Positions 13,588-25,289 of a DNA stretch of 64,000 nt are shown here, piece by piece. The notes under the pieces were generated by a model, which worked only from the letters and a program-made list of their open reading frames with translations, had not been told where the DNA came from and ran no database searches. A program made the translations under genes and the position numbers. The stretch is from positions 99,774,699 through 99,838,698 of the forward strand of contig NC_092382.1 of assembly GCF_030028105.1 (NCBI RefSeq), read 5' to 3'. This stretch comes from Mobula birostris. Its lineage: Eukaryota. Position 1 is the first letter of the stretch; every line of letters begins with the position of its first letter.

Positions 13588-14513
13588 TGAACGTGGTGAC
13601 AATCGTCATCCTGTCTCGGGGAAAGTGCGGTCTCTCCAAAGGCGTCACAAGGTACCTGGTTGCCATGGTAGCAGCGGATCAGCTCGTCGTTCTCTCGGAT
13701 GTGATATTGAACAAGATTCCGATGACTTACATGCCAATGAAGGTTTTCTACTGGTCAGCTCGTGTTCCCGTGTGTAATATCCACGCCGTCGTGTTGTACG
13801 GCGTCACGGACTGTTCTGTCTGGTTCACCGTCACTTTCACCTTTGATCGGTTTGTCGCCATTTGCTTTCAGAAGCTGAAACGGAAATACTGCACCGGGAG
13901 AGCGGCGGCTCTGGTTCTGGGGACAGTGATTGTGCTGAGCTGCGTAAAGAACATATTCTGGTACTTTATGCTCAATCGGTTCTATTCGATAAAAATTACG
14001 ACCGTGTTGTGTATGACTTTTAACCGTTTATTTTCCCCAATGCAGCTGGCAATATTTCTACTGTTTCATTTCCTCCTCACCCCAATACTCCCGTTTGTTC
14101 TGATTCTCCTGTTGAACAGTTTAACCATCAGGCACGTCCTAGTGGCCAGCCGAGCCCGGAGGAGACTCCGTGGTTCGCGCGATGGCTAGACGCCCGCCGA
14201 CCCGGAGATGAAGAACCGCCGGCAATCCCTCCAGTTACTGCTGGTGATGTCGGGAAATTTCATCCTTCTATGGGCGCTGTTGACGGTGTATTCCGTATGG
14301 GAGAGCTTCTATCTTTATTTTTACTCGATTCCCCCGAGTTCTCTGCGGGAGTTGGGCTACATGCTGCAGCTCCTCAGCTGCTGCTCCAACACGGCCCTTT
14401 ATGCCGTGGTCCAGGCCAGGTTCAGGGTGCAGCTGAAGGAGACGGTGAAATCGCCATTCTGTCTCATGGTAAAGTGCATTAGGCGTTGTCAGGACCGCAT
14501 TAATCCTCAGTGA
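13588..14513 (+). pseudogene. GPR139-like GPCR copy 1, exon 2 (TM2-TM7) with in-frame TAG at 14187-14189
   Basis: Acceptor ccgcacag|tg; NVVTIVILSRGKCGLSKGVTRYLVAM, FTFDRFVAIC, NTALY; ORFs 13539-14189 and 14208-14513 share one frame; paralog has GAG at the stop position. Confidence 0.88.
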
Positions 14514-17183
14514 CTTTTCTCGAATACCTCCACAAAATATACCATTTATTCACTCGCATGTCCTGTTCCATAGGGACTCTGAACGGCTGTGGTAATCTTT
14601 TGCCCTTCACACCTTGATGCACCAATGTGATTGAGGAGGTGTCAACAATCTGCTTTCCACAGAGCTCTTTCCAGTTTACCATCTTCACCAGTTCCCTGTA
14701 ATGTCTCTCTGAGTTGCACCGAGTGGGTGATTCCACAAATCTTTCACATCACAATCACAATACGTTGTTGTTCCCTGCGGGTCCCAGCGGCCCTAATGAG
14801 GTCCTAATGTCCCCAGTATCGCTCCATCTCTTTCCTCCGACGAAGGCCCATTGGTTCCGGGAAACCCTGCGGTTTCTCGTTTCAGGCAGGTCACTTGCCA
14901 AACACTGACCGAGATCTCCGCTCGCACCTATAATATTTGGAGATCTGTCTGCCACCTCGAGGATAGTTCATTACCTCGCACTCGTAAAACCACCAATTCA
15001 ATGGCCTTTCGTTCTTCCAAAGCAGCAATTGTCATCGCAGTGCCTTCTGGGAATCTAAAGACATTCTTGGACACTTTGTCTAGTAGTATTCCTATCTGTC
15101 TGATAGGATTGAGTACTTTGGGTCTGTGGGGAACGTGATTGCTGAGTAAAGGACAGCGGATGTCTATTTATATATTGATATCCGGCACAAAATGTGAAAT
15201 GCTGTCAGAAGTATTGCTCTCGCACAAACACCTTCGATCGGTATGGATACATCTGAGTTTTTTTTTTTCCCACTGACCCTTCAGGAATAGTGTCTGGCAC
15301 TGGAGTTTTCCACCTGAGATACTGATTGGAACGTAACATCTCCGAAACGTCGACCGACATCTTTTTCGATCCCTCGGAGTGTGTCCCTTTCTCCTTCTCT
15401 GTTTGATCATCCGGGGTTCTTCCCGTTTCCCGCCGTTGTCTGTTACGGCGTGGATATCCTCGGGGTGCTCTGGTTTCCTCATACAATCCTAATACTAATA
15501 TGCTGATAGCTTAATGAGTCTTTGAAAATTGTCCCATGGTTAAGGCCACTGGAAACGTGAAACATTCTGGGAACAGATTGGAAGTAAGACATTTGAGAAG
15601 GAGCCTTTCCGGGAGCGGGATCCGTAAGACGGAGCTGCAGAGGATAGCGTGGATTCAAATATGTTCTGAACATAGAGGACAGAAGGCAGTGGTGGAGGGC
15701 AGCGACTCTGCACGTGGCAGGTGTTGGAGATGTTCTGACGTTTCACTTGGAATAAAATAGCGATTATTCATTTATGTGCTTGCAGACGGCCCAAAATGTG
15801 ATGGAGTTGTGCATGTTGACGGAGCTTGGTGAAAATGCAGATGGGTCCGAAAGGTGGCCAGTGAAATGATAGATTTGTCATACTGCCGCCAGCAGATAGC
15901 AGGCAGTAATGCGGGGTTGAAAGGCTTTTGATGATTGAGGCCGTCAAAGGGTACGGGAGAAGGTAGGGGAATGGGGTTGGGAGGGTTCAAAAATCAGCCA
16001 TGACGGAATGGCGGAGTAGATACCATATTCCGTTAGAGAATAAAAATGGAAAGTGCGCTCTCTTCTTTCAAAACGCTGGAGGAACTCAGCACCTATGGAA
16101 ATGAATGAACAGTCAATGTTGTGCACCAGGACCTTTGTTCAGGACTGTGAAGGTTGGAGAAAGACACCAGAATTAAAAGTGGGGGTAGGGGAGGATAAGA
16201 AAGAAAGTTTTAAGGTGATAGGTGAAGCCCGTTCGTTGGGAAACGAAAAGGGTGGGAGAGGAAGGAATCTGATAAGCCAGACGGGGAGAAGTGAGAGATG
16301 CTCTCACTGAACTCCTGTTGAAATGAGGTTTTAAGTTTGTTCAAGGTAGACATGCCCAGAGGAGACTTTGCAATGCAGCAGCAAATCATGAACACAACAG
16401 CTCTACTGATTATGGAAAGCTAAATCAACACACACAATATGTTGGAGAAACTCAGCTGGTCAGGCAGCATGTATGCGATTTTCCTTTGAAGATGCGATGG
16501 GCCAACGGCCGAATTTTGCTCCTGCGGTCCGCCGCTCTGGAGAAAATAGTCCAGTTGCGTCCATCTCTCCTCAATGAAGGATAACGCGTCATTGAAACTC
16601 AAAACCATCCCCCCATCAAATCGCGCGAGAACTTGAATGTCTGCCCCAACAAAATCTCTGTCCTGCGAAGAATCGTGACATTCGCACCATCAGATCATAG
16701 CATATTGAAGCAGAATTAGGTCACTTTGGCCCGTCGAGTCTGCTCTGCCATTTTATCATCGCTGTTCCAGTTGTCGTGTCAGCCCAAATCGCCTGCCTTG
16801 TCCCGTATCTCTTCTTCCCCTGACCTACCAAGAAAACATCAACCTCTGCCCTGAATCTACACAACAGCTTAGTCTGCACAGCTGCCTGCGGAAGCTGAGA
16901 CAGACATGTGCCTGTGAAGAAAATGGAAGGATACTCTCATTCTACAAGCAAATAAAAAAAATCGTTAGTGTATAGATAGAAAACTGACTGGTGATAGGTC
17001 AAATTGATGCCCCCTTCTCAACAGAGTCAAACTGCGCAGCAGCTTTGAGTGTCCTGTGGACTCGGAGCCCAAGCAGAGTTTCTCGATAGTTATACAGAAA
17101 GAACTGCATCTCAGCAATCGAAAAGTAGCGTTCAGTACGCCAGACCTGCCAGACAGGGACTTCAGGAGAGACGCTTTGAGATC

Positions 17184-20100
17184 ATATAACCATATAACCA
17201 TATAAGAATTACAGCACGGAAACAGGCCATTTCGGCCCATCTGGTCAGTGCCGAACTCTTACTCACAAATACTCCTACCGACCTGCACTCAGCCCATAAC
17301 GCTCCATTCCTTCCCTGTCCATATATCTATCCAAATTAACTTTAAACGACGCAATCTACCCTGCCTCAACCACTTCTGCTGGAAGCTCGTTCCACACAGC
17401 TACCACTCTCTGAGTGAAGAAGTCCCCCCTCATGTTACCCTAATCGTTTGCCCTTTAACTCTCAAATCATGTCCTCTTGCTTGAATCTCCCCCACTCTCA
17501 ATGGAAAAAAAGCCTATCAACGTCAACTCTATCAATCCCCGTCATAATTTTAAACACCACTATGAAGTCCCCCTCAACCTTCTACGCTCCAAAGAATAAA
17601 GACCTAACTTGTTCACCCTTTCTCTATAACTTAGAAGATGAAACCCAGGCAACATTTTAGTAAATCTCCTCTGTACTCTCGCAATTTTTTTGACATCATT
17701 CCTATAATTCGGTGACCAGAGCTGTACACAATACTCCAAATTTGGCCTTACCACTGCCTTGTACAATTTCAACATTACAGCCCAACTCCTGTACTCAATG
17801 CTCTGATTCATAAAAGCCAGCATACCAAAAGCTTTTTTCACCACCCTATCCACATGAGATTCCACCTTCACGGAACTATGCACCATTATTTCCAGATCCC
17901 TCAGTTCTACAGCATTCTTCAATGCCCTACCATTTACCATGTATGCCCTATTTTGATTAGTCCTACCAAAATATAGCACCTCACATTTTTCAGCATTAAG
18001 CTTTATCTTCACTCTTTCAGCCCACTCTTCTAACTGGCCTAAATCCCTCTGCAATCTTTGAAAACCTACTTGATTATCCACAACGCCACCCATCTTACAA
18101 TCATCTGCATGCTTACTAGTCCAATTTACCGCCCCATCAGACTGATCATTAATATATATGACAAACAATATTGGACCAAGTACAGATCCCTGAGTCACAC
18201 CGCTGCACACCGTAGACCAAACTGACACACAGTTATCCACCACAACTCTCTGGCTTCTCCCATCCAGCCACTGCTGAATCCATTTTACTGCTTCGATATT
18301 AATGCCTAACGACTCAATCTTCCTAACTAACCTTCCGTGTGGGACCTTGTCAAAGGCCTTACTGAAGTCCATATAGACAACATCCACCGATTTTACCCTC
18401 CTCAACTTTCCTAGTAACGTCATCAAATAATTCAATAAGATTTGTCAAACATGACCATCCACGCAAAAATCCATGTTGACTGTTCCTAATCAGACCCTGT
18501 CTATTAAGATAATTATAAATACCATCTCTAAGAATATTTTTCATCAATTCACCCAACACTGACGTCAAACTCACAGCCCGATAATTGCTAGGTTTACTCT
18601 TAATACCCTTTTCAAACAATGGAACCACATGAGCAATACGCCAGTCCTCCGGCACCATCCCCGTTGCTAATGACGTTTGAAATACTTCTGTCAGAGCCCC
18701 TGCTATTTCCACACTAACTTATCTCACGGTCCTAGGCAATATCTTGTCCGGAACCGGAGACTTGTCCATTTTTATATTCCTTAAAAGTCCCAGTACTTCC
18801 TCTTCTTTAATCGTCATACTTTCCATAACTACCCTTCTTGTATCCTTTATCTTACACAATTCAATATCCCTCTCCTTAGTTAATACCGAAGAAAAGAAAT
18901 TGTTCGAAATCTCCTCCATCTCTTTTGGCTCCGCACATAGTCGTCCACTATGATTCTCTAAAGAAACAATTTTATCCCTCACTGTCTTTGCGTATTAATA
19001 TAACTGTAAAAACTCTTTGGATTTATTTTCACCTTACATGCCAAAGCAGCCTCGTATCTTCTTTTAGCTTTTCTAATTTCTTTCTTATGATTCTTTTTAC
19101 ATTCTTTATGTTCTCGAGCAGATATTTAACTCCAAGCTGCCTATATTTATTGCAGATCCCTCTCCTTTTCGGAACCAAGTTTCTTATCTCCCTTGAAAGC
19201 CATGGCTCTCTCAAACTTTTAACCAGTCCTTTCAACCTAACAGGAACATAAAGATCCTGTACCCTCAAAATTTCACATTTAAATGACCTGCATTTCTCTG
19301 TTACATCGCTTCCATAAAAGAAACTGTCCCAATCCACTCCTTCTAAATCCTTTCACTTCTCCTCCAAGTTAGCTTTTCTCCAATCAAAAATGTCAACCCT
19401 GGGTCCAGTCCTATCCTTCTCCATAATTATATTGAAACTAATGTTATTGTGATCACTGGAACCGAAGTGCTCCCCAACACATACCTCCGTCATCTGCCCT
19501 ATCTCATTCCCTAACAGGAGATCCAACACTGCCCCTTCACTAGTTGGGACCTCTATGCAGTGCTGCAAAAAAATATCTTGCACACATTTGAAAAAATCCA
19601 AACTATACAGCCATTTTACAGAATGGGCTTCCCAGTATGTGTGTGGAAAATTAAAATATCCCATTATCACAACCTTGCGCTTCCTACAAATATCTGCTAT
19701 CTCCTTACAAATTTGATCCTCCAGTTCTCGGTCCTCAATTAGGTGGTCTACGATACACTCCTATAAACGTCACAGCACCTTTTCTATTCCTCGGTTCCAC
19801 CCAAATAGCCTCCCGAGACGAGTCCACTAATCTATCCTGCCAGATCACCGCTGTTATATTTTCTTAAACAAGCAATGTAGCATCTCCCCCTCTTGTCCTT
19901 CCAATTCTATCACACCTAAAACAACGAAATGTTGGAATATTTAGTTGCCAATCAGACTCCTCCTGCAGCCATGTTTCACTAATAGCTACAACATCATATT
20001 TCCAGGTATCAATCCATGCTCTAAGCTCACCCAGCGTTCTTCCAATGCTCCTAGCATTAAAATAGATGCATTTAAGAAACTCTCCACCTCTTCCTCTCTG

Positions 20101-21150
20101 TTTATCCTTGATGGAGCAAACAAATTGTTATCTTTTTCTTCCTTGTCCCCTATATCTTCGGTCGGAGTTTTCCTAATATCTGTCCCCTGCCTATCCTCCC
20201 TCATATATTGTCTACTAGCTTTCTCTATTTGTGAACTAACCTCCTCTCTCAGAGTCTCTTTAATTTGATTCCTACCCCAGCCATTTTAGTTTAAAGTCTC
20301 CTCAGTAGCCCCCGCAAATCTCCCCACCAGGATATTGTACCCCTAGGATTCAAGTGTAACCCGTCCTTTCTGTAAAGGTCACACCTGCGCCAAAAGAGGT
20401 CCCAAAGATACAAACATTTGAATCCCTGCCGGCTGCTCCAATCCCTGAACCACGCATTTATCCTCCACCTCATCGCATTCCTACTCTCACTGTCACGTAG
20501 CACAGATAGCAATCCCGAGATTACTACCTTTGCGGTCCTTCTTCTCAACTGCCTTCCTAACGCTACATATTCTCCTTTCAGGTCCTCTCCCTTTTTCCTA
20601 CCGATGTCATTGGTAACTATACGCACCTATTGTCAAGGGGCACAGCCACTGGGGTACTCTCTATTACCTAACACTTCCTCTTCCCCCGCCAAGCAGTGAC
20701 CCACTTGTCTGCCTCCTGTGGCCCCGGTGTAACCACCTGCCTGTAACTCCTCTCTATCAACTCCTTACTCTCCCTGACCAGACGAAGGTCATCGAGCTGC
20801 AGCTCCACTTCTCTAACGCGGTCTCTCAGGAGCTGCATCTTGGCGCACCTGGCGGAGATGTGGGCGTCCGTGAGGCCTGGAGACCCCAGGACCTCCCACA
20901 TCCGGCACAGAGAACAACAAGCTGCCCTCACACTCATACTGCCCCTCTACTCAAATAACAACGGAAAATGAATACCAAACCCCCCTCGCCTCGCCCGTTT
21001 CCGCCTAAGCCCGTTGAGTCGAAGCCCTTAAGCCTTCACTCTGTTCCCGACTCACTTCGCAGCCGGCAAACGACGTGCTCGCTGTGTAAGACTCTGTTCC
21101 TTTTAAATGTTCCGCGCTGCACTGCCCGACCTCCCACGCCCTCGCAGTCC
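17184..21150 (-). mobile_element. Near full-length CR1 LINE: ORF1 zinc-finger/zipper plus SGNH esterase, ORF2 endonuclease plus RT, degraded
   Basis: 20668-20937 CSLCRMWE...LRDRVREVELQL; 20291-20626 TNDIG...KDGLHLN; YFNARSI/YDVVAISETW near 20000; RT 17560-18435; catataac tail at about 17184-17205. Confidence 0.92.
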
Positions 21151-21379
21151 CGCCTGTCTGAACGCCGACAAAAGAAAGATACCGAAAAATTTATAACTGG
21201 CTTCCTCCACACTCCTCCGAAATCTTCTTGAATTGAAAAAGCACCAAGTCTGGCTGACACAAATATACGGAGTTGGACCCACCAAATTATCAATCATTCG
21301 ATGGGGAGCATTTTGGGAACAGTGCCCATAATCGCAGATGTGTTATGGTCGTTCTAGGTTATGATCAGACTGGTCTTCA

Positions 21380-24100
21380 CTGGCCAGAATTCAGTCTGCC
21401 GAATTCCGAATATAAATGCATTGGGCAGGATCTGGGGAATCGCCGCCGGGGCTAAGTCCACACCTCAGAGGTGGATGTTTTATAATTTGGATCAGAGTAT
21501 GATTGACTGTAACATTTCTGACCTGAACGTCCGAGTCTTCAGGTTGTAGCAGAGGGATAGGGATATCGGCAGAGTGGGTGGCTTGGCTGTGCAGAAAATA
21601 ACGGCACCTGCTCAGTAGAAAATGTAGCTCGGGATCGTAAGCTGTGGAATCCTTGTCGGCTGAGTTCCGAAACTGCCGGGGTAACAGAATCTTCATGGGA
21701 GGTATATACAGTCCTCCCAACAGTAGAAGGGATACAGACCACATATTTCAAGGGGAAAAATGTATGCCTGAAGGGCAATATTCTTCAGATCTTCAGCCAT
21801 CGGATTTGTTTAAATGCATCTCGATTGATTTGGTTTGTTTTTGCCATCCTGGACTGGGTGTTATGAAATGAACCAAAAATGATTTGGGGAGCACAAGGGA
21901 AAATAACCCTTCGGAGGCAGTGATCACACTCTGATTTGCTTCAAATTGACATATTACAGAGAGAAATTAAAGTCTAACGCAGCAGTATTTCGGTGCCGTA
22001 AACCGAATTATAGTGGTTTGAAGAAGGTCTCGACCGAAGTAAATTTGGAGATGCTGTCAGCGTTATTTGCAGGGCAGAAACGGTGTGAGTTTCTGGTAAA
22101 ACGGGGGAACGTGCAGAATAGATCTATTCTGAAAACAAAAGAATAGTCGAAAAGCCAAATAGTACAATTGTGGAGGACAAGGGAAGTCAAACCAAACGTA
22201 AAAGCAAAAGAGTGAGCATACAACAGAGCAACAATGAAGATTAAGCATACGGAGAGCAAGTAAACGATTCATTAGAAGGAAAAGGTGAAATTAGAAAGCA
22301 AGCTAATAAAAATTTCTAAGTGGATTTTACCAGCCTTTTCAAATATAAAGGAGAAATGAGAGTAGATGTAGGTCGGCTAGAAAATGAGGAACGAGAAAAT
22401 ACAACGATGGACAAGGAGATGACAGATGAACTATATGAGTGTGTAGCATCAGTCTTCGCTGTGGAGGAATCGAGCAGCTTGCCTGATGTTGCACTGTGTG
22501 AAGGAAGAGAGGTGGGTTCACATACTGTTACAAGAGAGAAGGTGCTCAATCACCTGAAAGAACGGAGGTTGCATAGGTCACCCGGGCCAGACCAATTGCA
22601 CCATTGGGCTCCAAAAGAGATTGTAAAGGCATTTTCAATGATCTTTCTAAAAATATTGGACTCCGTCATAGTATCATAGGGCTGAAAGATTTCAACTGCC
22701 ACCAGATTGTTTAGGAAAGGAGGAAGGTAGCAGAAAGGGAAATATATATCATATATCCTAACTTAGTGGTTGGGAAGATGTTGGATTCAATTGGTAAGGG
22801 AGGGCAAATTCAGTACGTTCCTCTGCTGTCTCTATCAGTACCCCACGCAGTTACCATCAGCCTCAAGGGACTTCCATATTTCATAAATTTGCTAAAACCC
22901 TGCCGGACTTGCTGGATTTCATTGTTGAGAATCCATGCAGATAAATAAGCAGGACGCACCAGATGTTGTCCGTTTGGACTCTCAAAAGACATTTGACAAG
23001 ATGCCACGCGAGAGTCTGCGTATCAAATTAAGAGTACTTGGTGTTGCAAGAAATAAGAGCGCATTAGGTGAATGGTCGGAGGCAGCGACCGGTGAAAAAA
23101 AGATCCGTTGCTCGTTGGTTGCCAGTGACTCGCCGTGTTCCGCAGGTGTCTGTGTAAGGAACACTTTTTTATGCTCTATGTCAATGATATAAATGATGGA
23201 ACCGATGTTTGTTTGTTAGACATAGTTTGCAGAGTAGAATTGGCACGAAATTGGCAAGTGAAAGAAAATGTTGAGTAGAATTGGCACGAAATTGGCAAGT
23301 GAAAGAAAATGTCGAATAATGCATGGTCATGCACATTGGTAGTAGAATTAAATGTGCAGTGCAGTCTCTTTGCTAATCGTGGATATTTTTTTTTTCCACC
23401 AAACTTCAGTTCAAAGAAAATTGGGAGTTGTCGTACGGAACACCTAAAGTTTTAATGTTCAGGTAGAGTCGGAGGTAAGGAAGGAAAATACAAGGTGAGC
23501 ATCCTTTTTAAGAGGTCTAGAAAACAAAAGTAGGAATTGAATGTTGAAGCTTTATTAGACAGTGCTGAAGCCTCAGCGTGAGGATTCTGAACAGTTTTCG
23601 GATGCTCATCAAATAAAAGATGTGCTGGCATTGGAGTGGGTCCGGAGGAGGTTCATAAGGATGATTCCATGAATGAAAGGGTTATCACACGAGAAACGTT
23701 TCATGCCACTGGGCCTCTACTCAGGAGGATTCAGAGGAATGAGGTGTGATCTCATTAAAACCTTACGAATGTTGAAAAAGCCTCGACAGACAGGATATGG
23801 AAAGGATGTTTCCCAAGGCTGGAGTGTCTCGGAAGAGGAAGCGACGCGTCTGAACAGAGATGCGGTCATTTAAAACTGCTATGTGCAGAACATTCCTCAG
23901 CTGGAGGTTGTGAATTTGTGCAATTAGTTGCTACATTCAGCTGTGGAGGCCAGGTCGTTCTGAATATTTAAGGCGGAGACCTATTGCTTGTTGATTGGAC
24001 AGGGCAGCAAACATTCCGGCGATAAGGCCAGGAAATGGCGGTGAGGAGAGGAAATAAAGGATCAGCCATGATTGAGTAGACCCCATCTGCCAAGTGGCCT
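21380..24100 (+). mobile_element. Old CR1 ORF2 remnant (endonuclease to 3' end)
   Basis: GGIYSPPNS, SPGPDQLH and RT C-terminal remnants with many stops. Confidence 0.75.
23232..23313 (+). repeat. 41-bp direct tandem duplication
   Basis: gagtagaattggcacgaaattggcaagtgaaagaaaatgt(t/c) twice. Confidence 0.9.
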
Positions 24101-24744
24101 TCAATCGGGAGATGAGGAAAGAAGACGCTGGAAGAACCGATCGGAGGATGCAATCCGGTGGGAGACGCGTTTGTTCGAGAGGATTGCGAGCGACATTCGG
24201 GAGGTGGTGCGTGTTGTCACATTGACCGAAGGATCAGCATTCGAGTGACAAGGAAGTTCAAGATGATCTCCTACCGGTACACATTTGACTGGTGCACATT
24301 TTTGTTCCTCGTTACTGACCCTTCACTTTAGTTAAGATTCATTAATATAATCTCTTTAATCGTAATCTGTCTGTTATTTCATGTCACTAATTTGAAACAG
24401 GGTTGCAAATTGCAGAGCGGCAAAACTGGTTTGTAACCGAGCCATCTTAATCTCACTAGCTTTGGGGGAACGGGAGAGTGCTTTTCCTGGACGGACACAC
24501 CCGACGGAAACGGGGCGGAGGCCGGTCAGCATATATCCATTTCCATATACAACGAGATTCAGTTTCTTGCGAAGATGCTCAATAAATTATTAATAGAACA
24601 ATAACCATCTCAGAATCTGTGACCATTAACAGACGATTAATAGAACTATAACCAGACCATGTAACCATGTGGCTGATAAAAACGATTTTTTTTCAGTCCC
24701 CTGATTATCTTTAAAGCACATATTATTCTGCTAATCCGGCTGGG

Positions 24745-24892
24745 NNNNNNNNNNNNNNNNNNNNNNNNNNNNNNNNNNNNNNNNNNNNNNNNNNNNNNNN
24801 NNNNNNNNNNNNNNNNNNNNNNNNNNNNNNNNNNNNNNNNNNNNNNNNNNNNNNNNNNNNNNNNNNNNNNNNNNNNNNNNNNNNNNNNNNNN
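24745..24892. other. Assembly gap
   Basis: Run of N. Confidence 1.
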
Positions 24893-25014
24893 GAGGGGAG
24901 GGAGATCTTCACGCTGTTTCATTGTGTCTCCACACCGATGAACCGACTGTGAATACTCAGTGAAAGTATCTGCAACATGATAAGCAGCCGAGTTAAGAAA
25001 GGACAGGATGATCC

Positions 25015-25210
25015 CTAAATATGTCAAAAAAAAAAAGTCGGTAACCAATCTAAATGGTAAGCACCCATAAATTGGAAACTGCATGTTGAGGGGAAACAGT
25101 TCACTCTTCTTAAGGTTGAAGTTAGAACCAGAAAAAGTACTAAACTGAGACAACAAAGATAAAACAGCGGGACTGGATTTCTCAGGATTAGAAATATATA
25201 ATAACAAATC
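25015..25210 (-). mobile_element. L1/Tx1-type RT fragment
   Basis: LLYISNPEKS...FSTFSGSNFNLKKSELFP...TYLGI. Confidence 0.7.
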
Positions 25211-25289
25211 ATGTGCATATAATAATAACTTATGTATCTCATTTCCACAGGTATTACCAAGAATATTAGGTAAATCTCGAATAGCAAGT

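Noticed and set aside
13582-13590. CACAGTG at both GPCR exon 2 acceptors as RSS heptamers
   Set aside because: No nonamer at 12 or 23 nt; the match is the splice acceptor plus the first codon.
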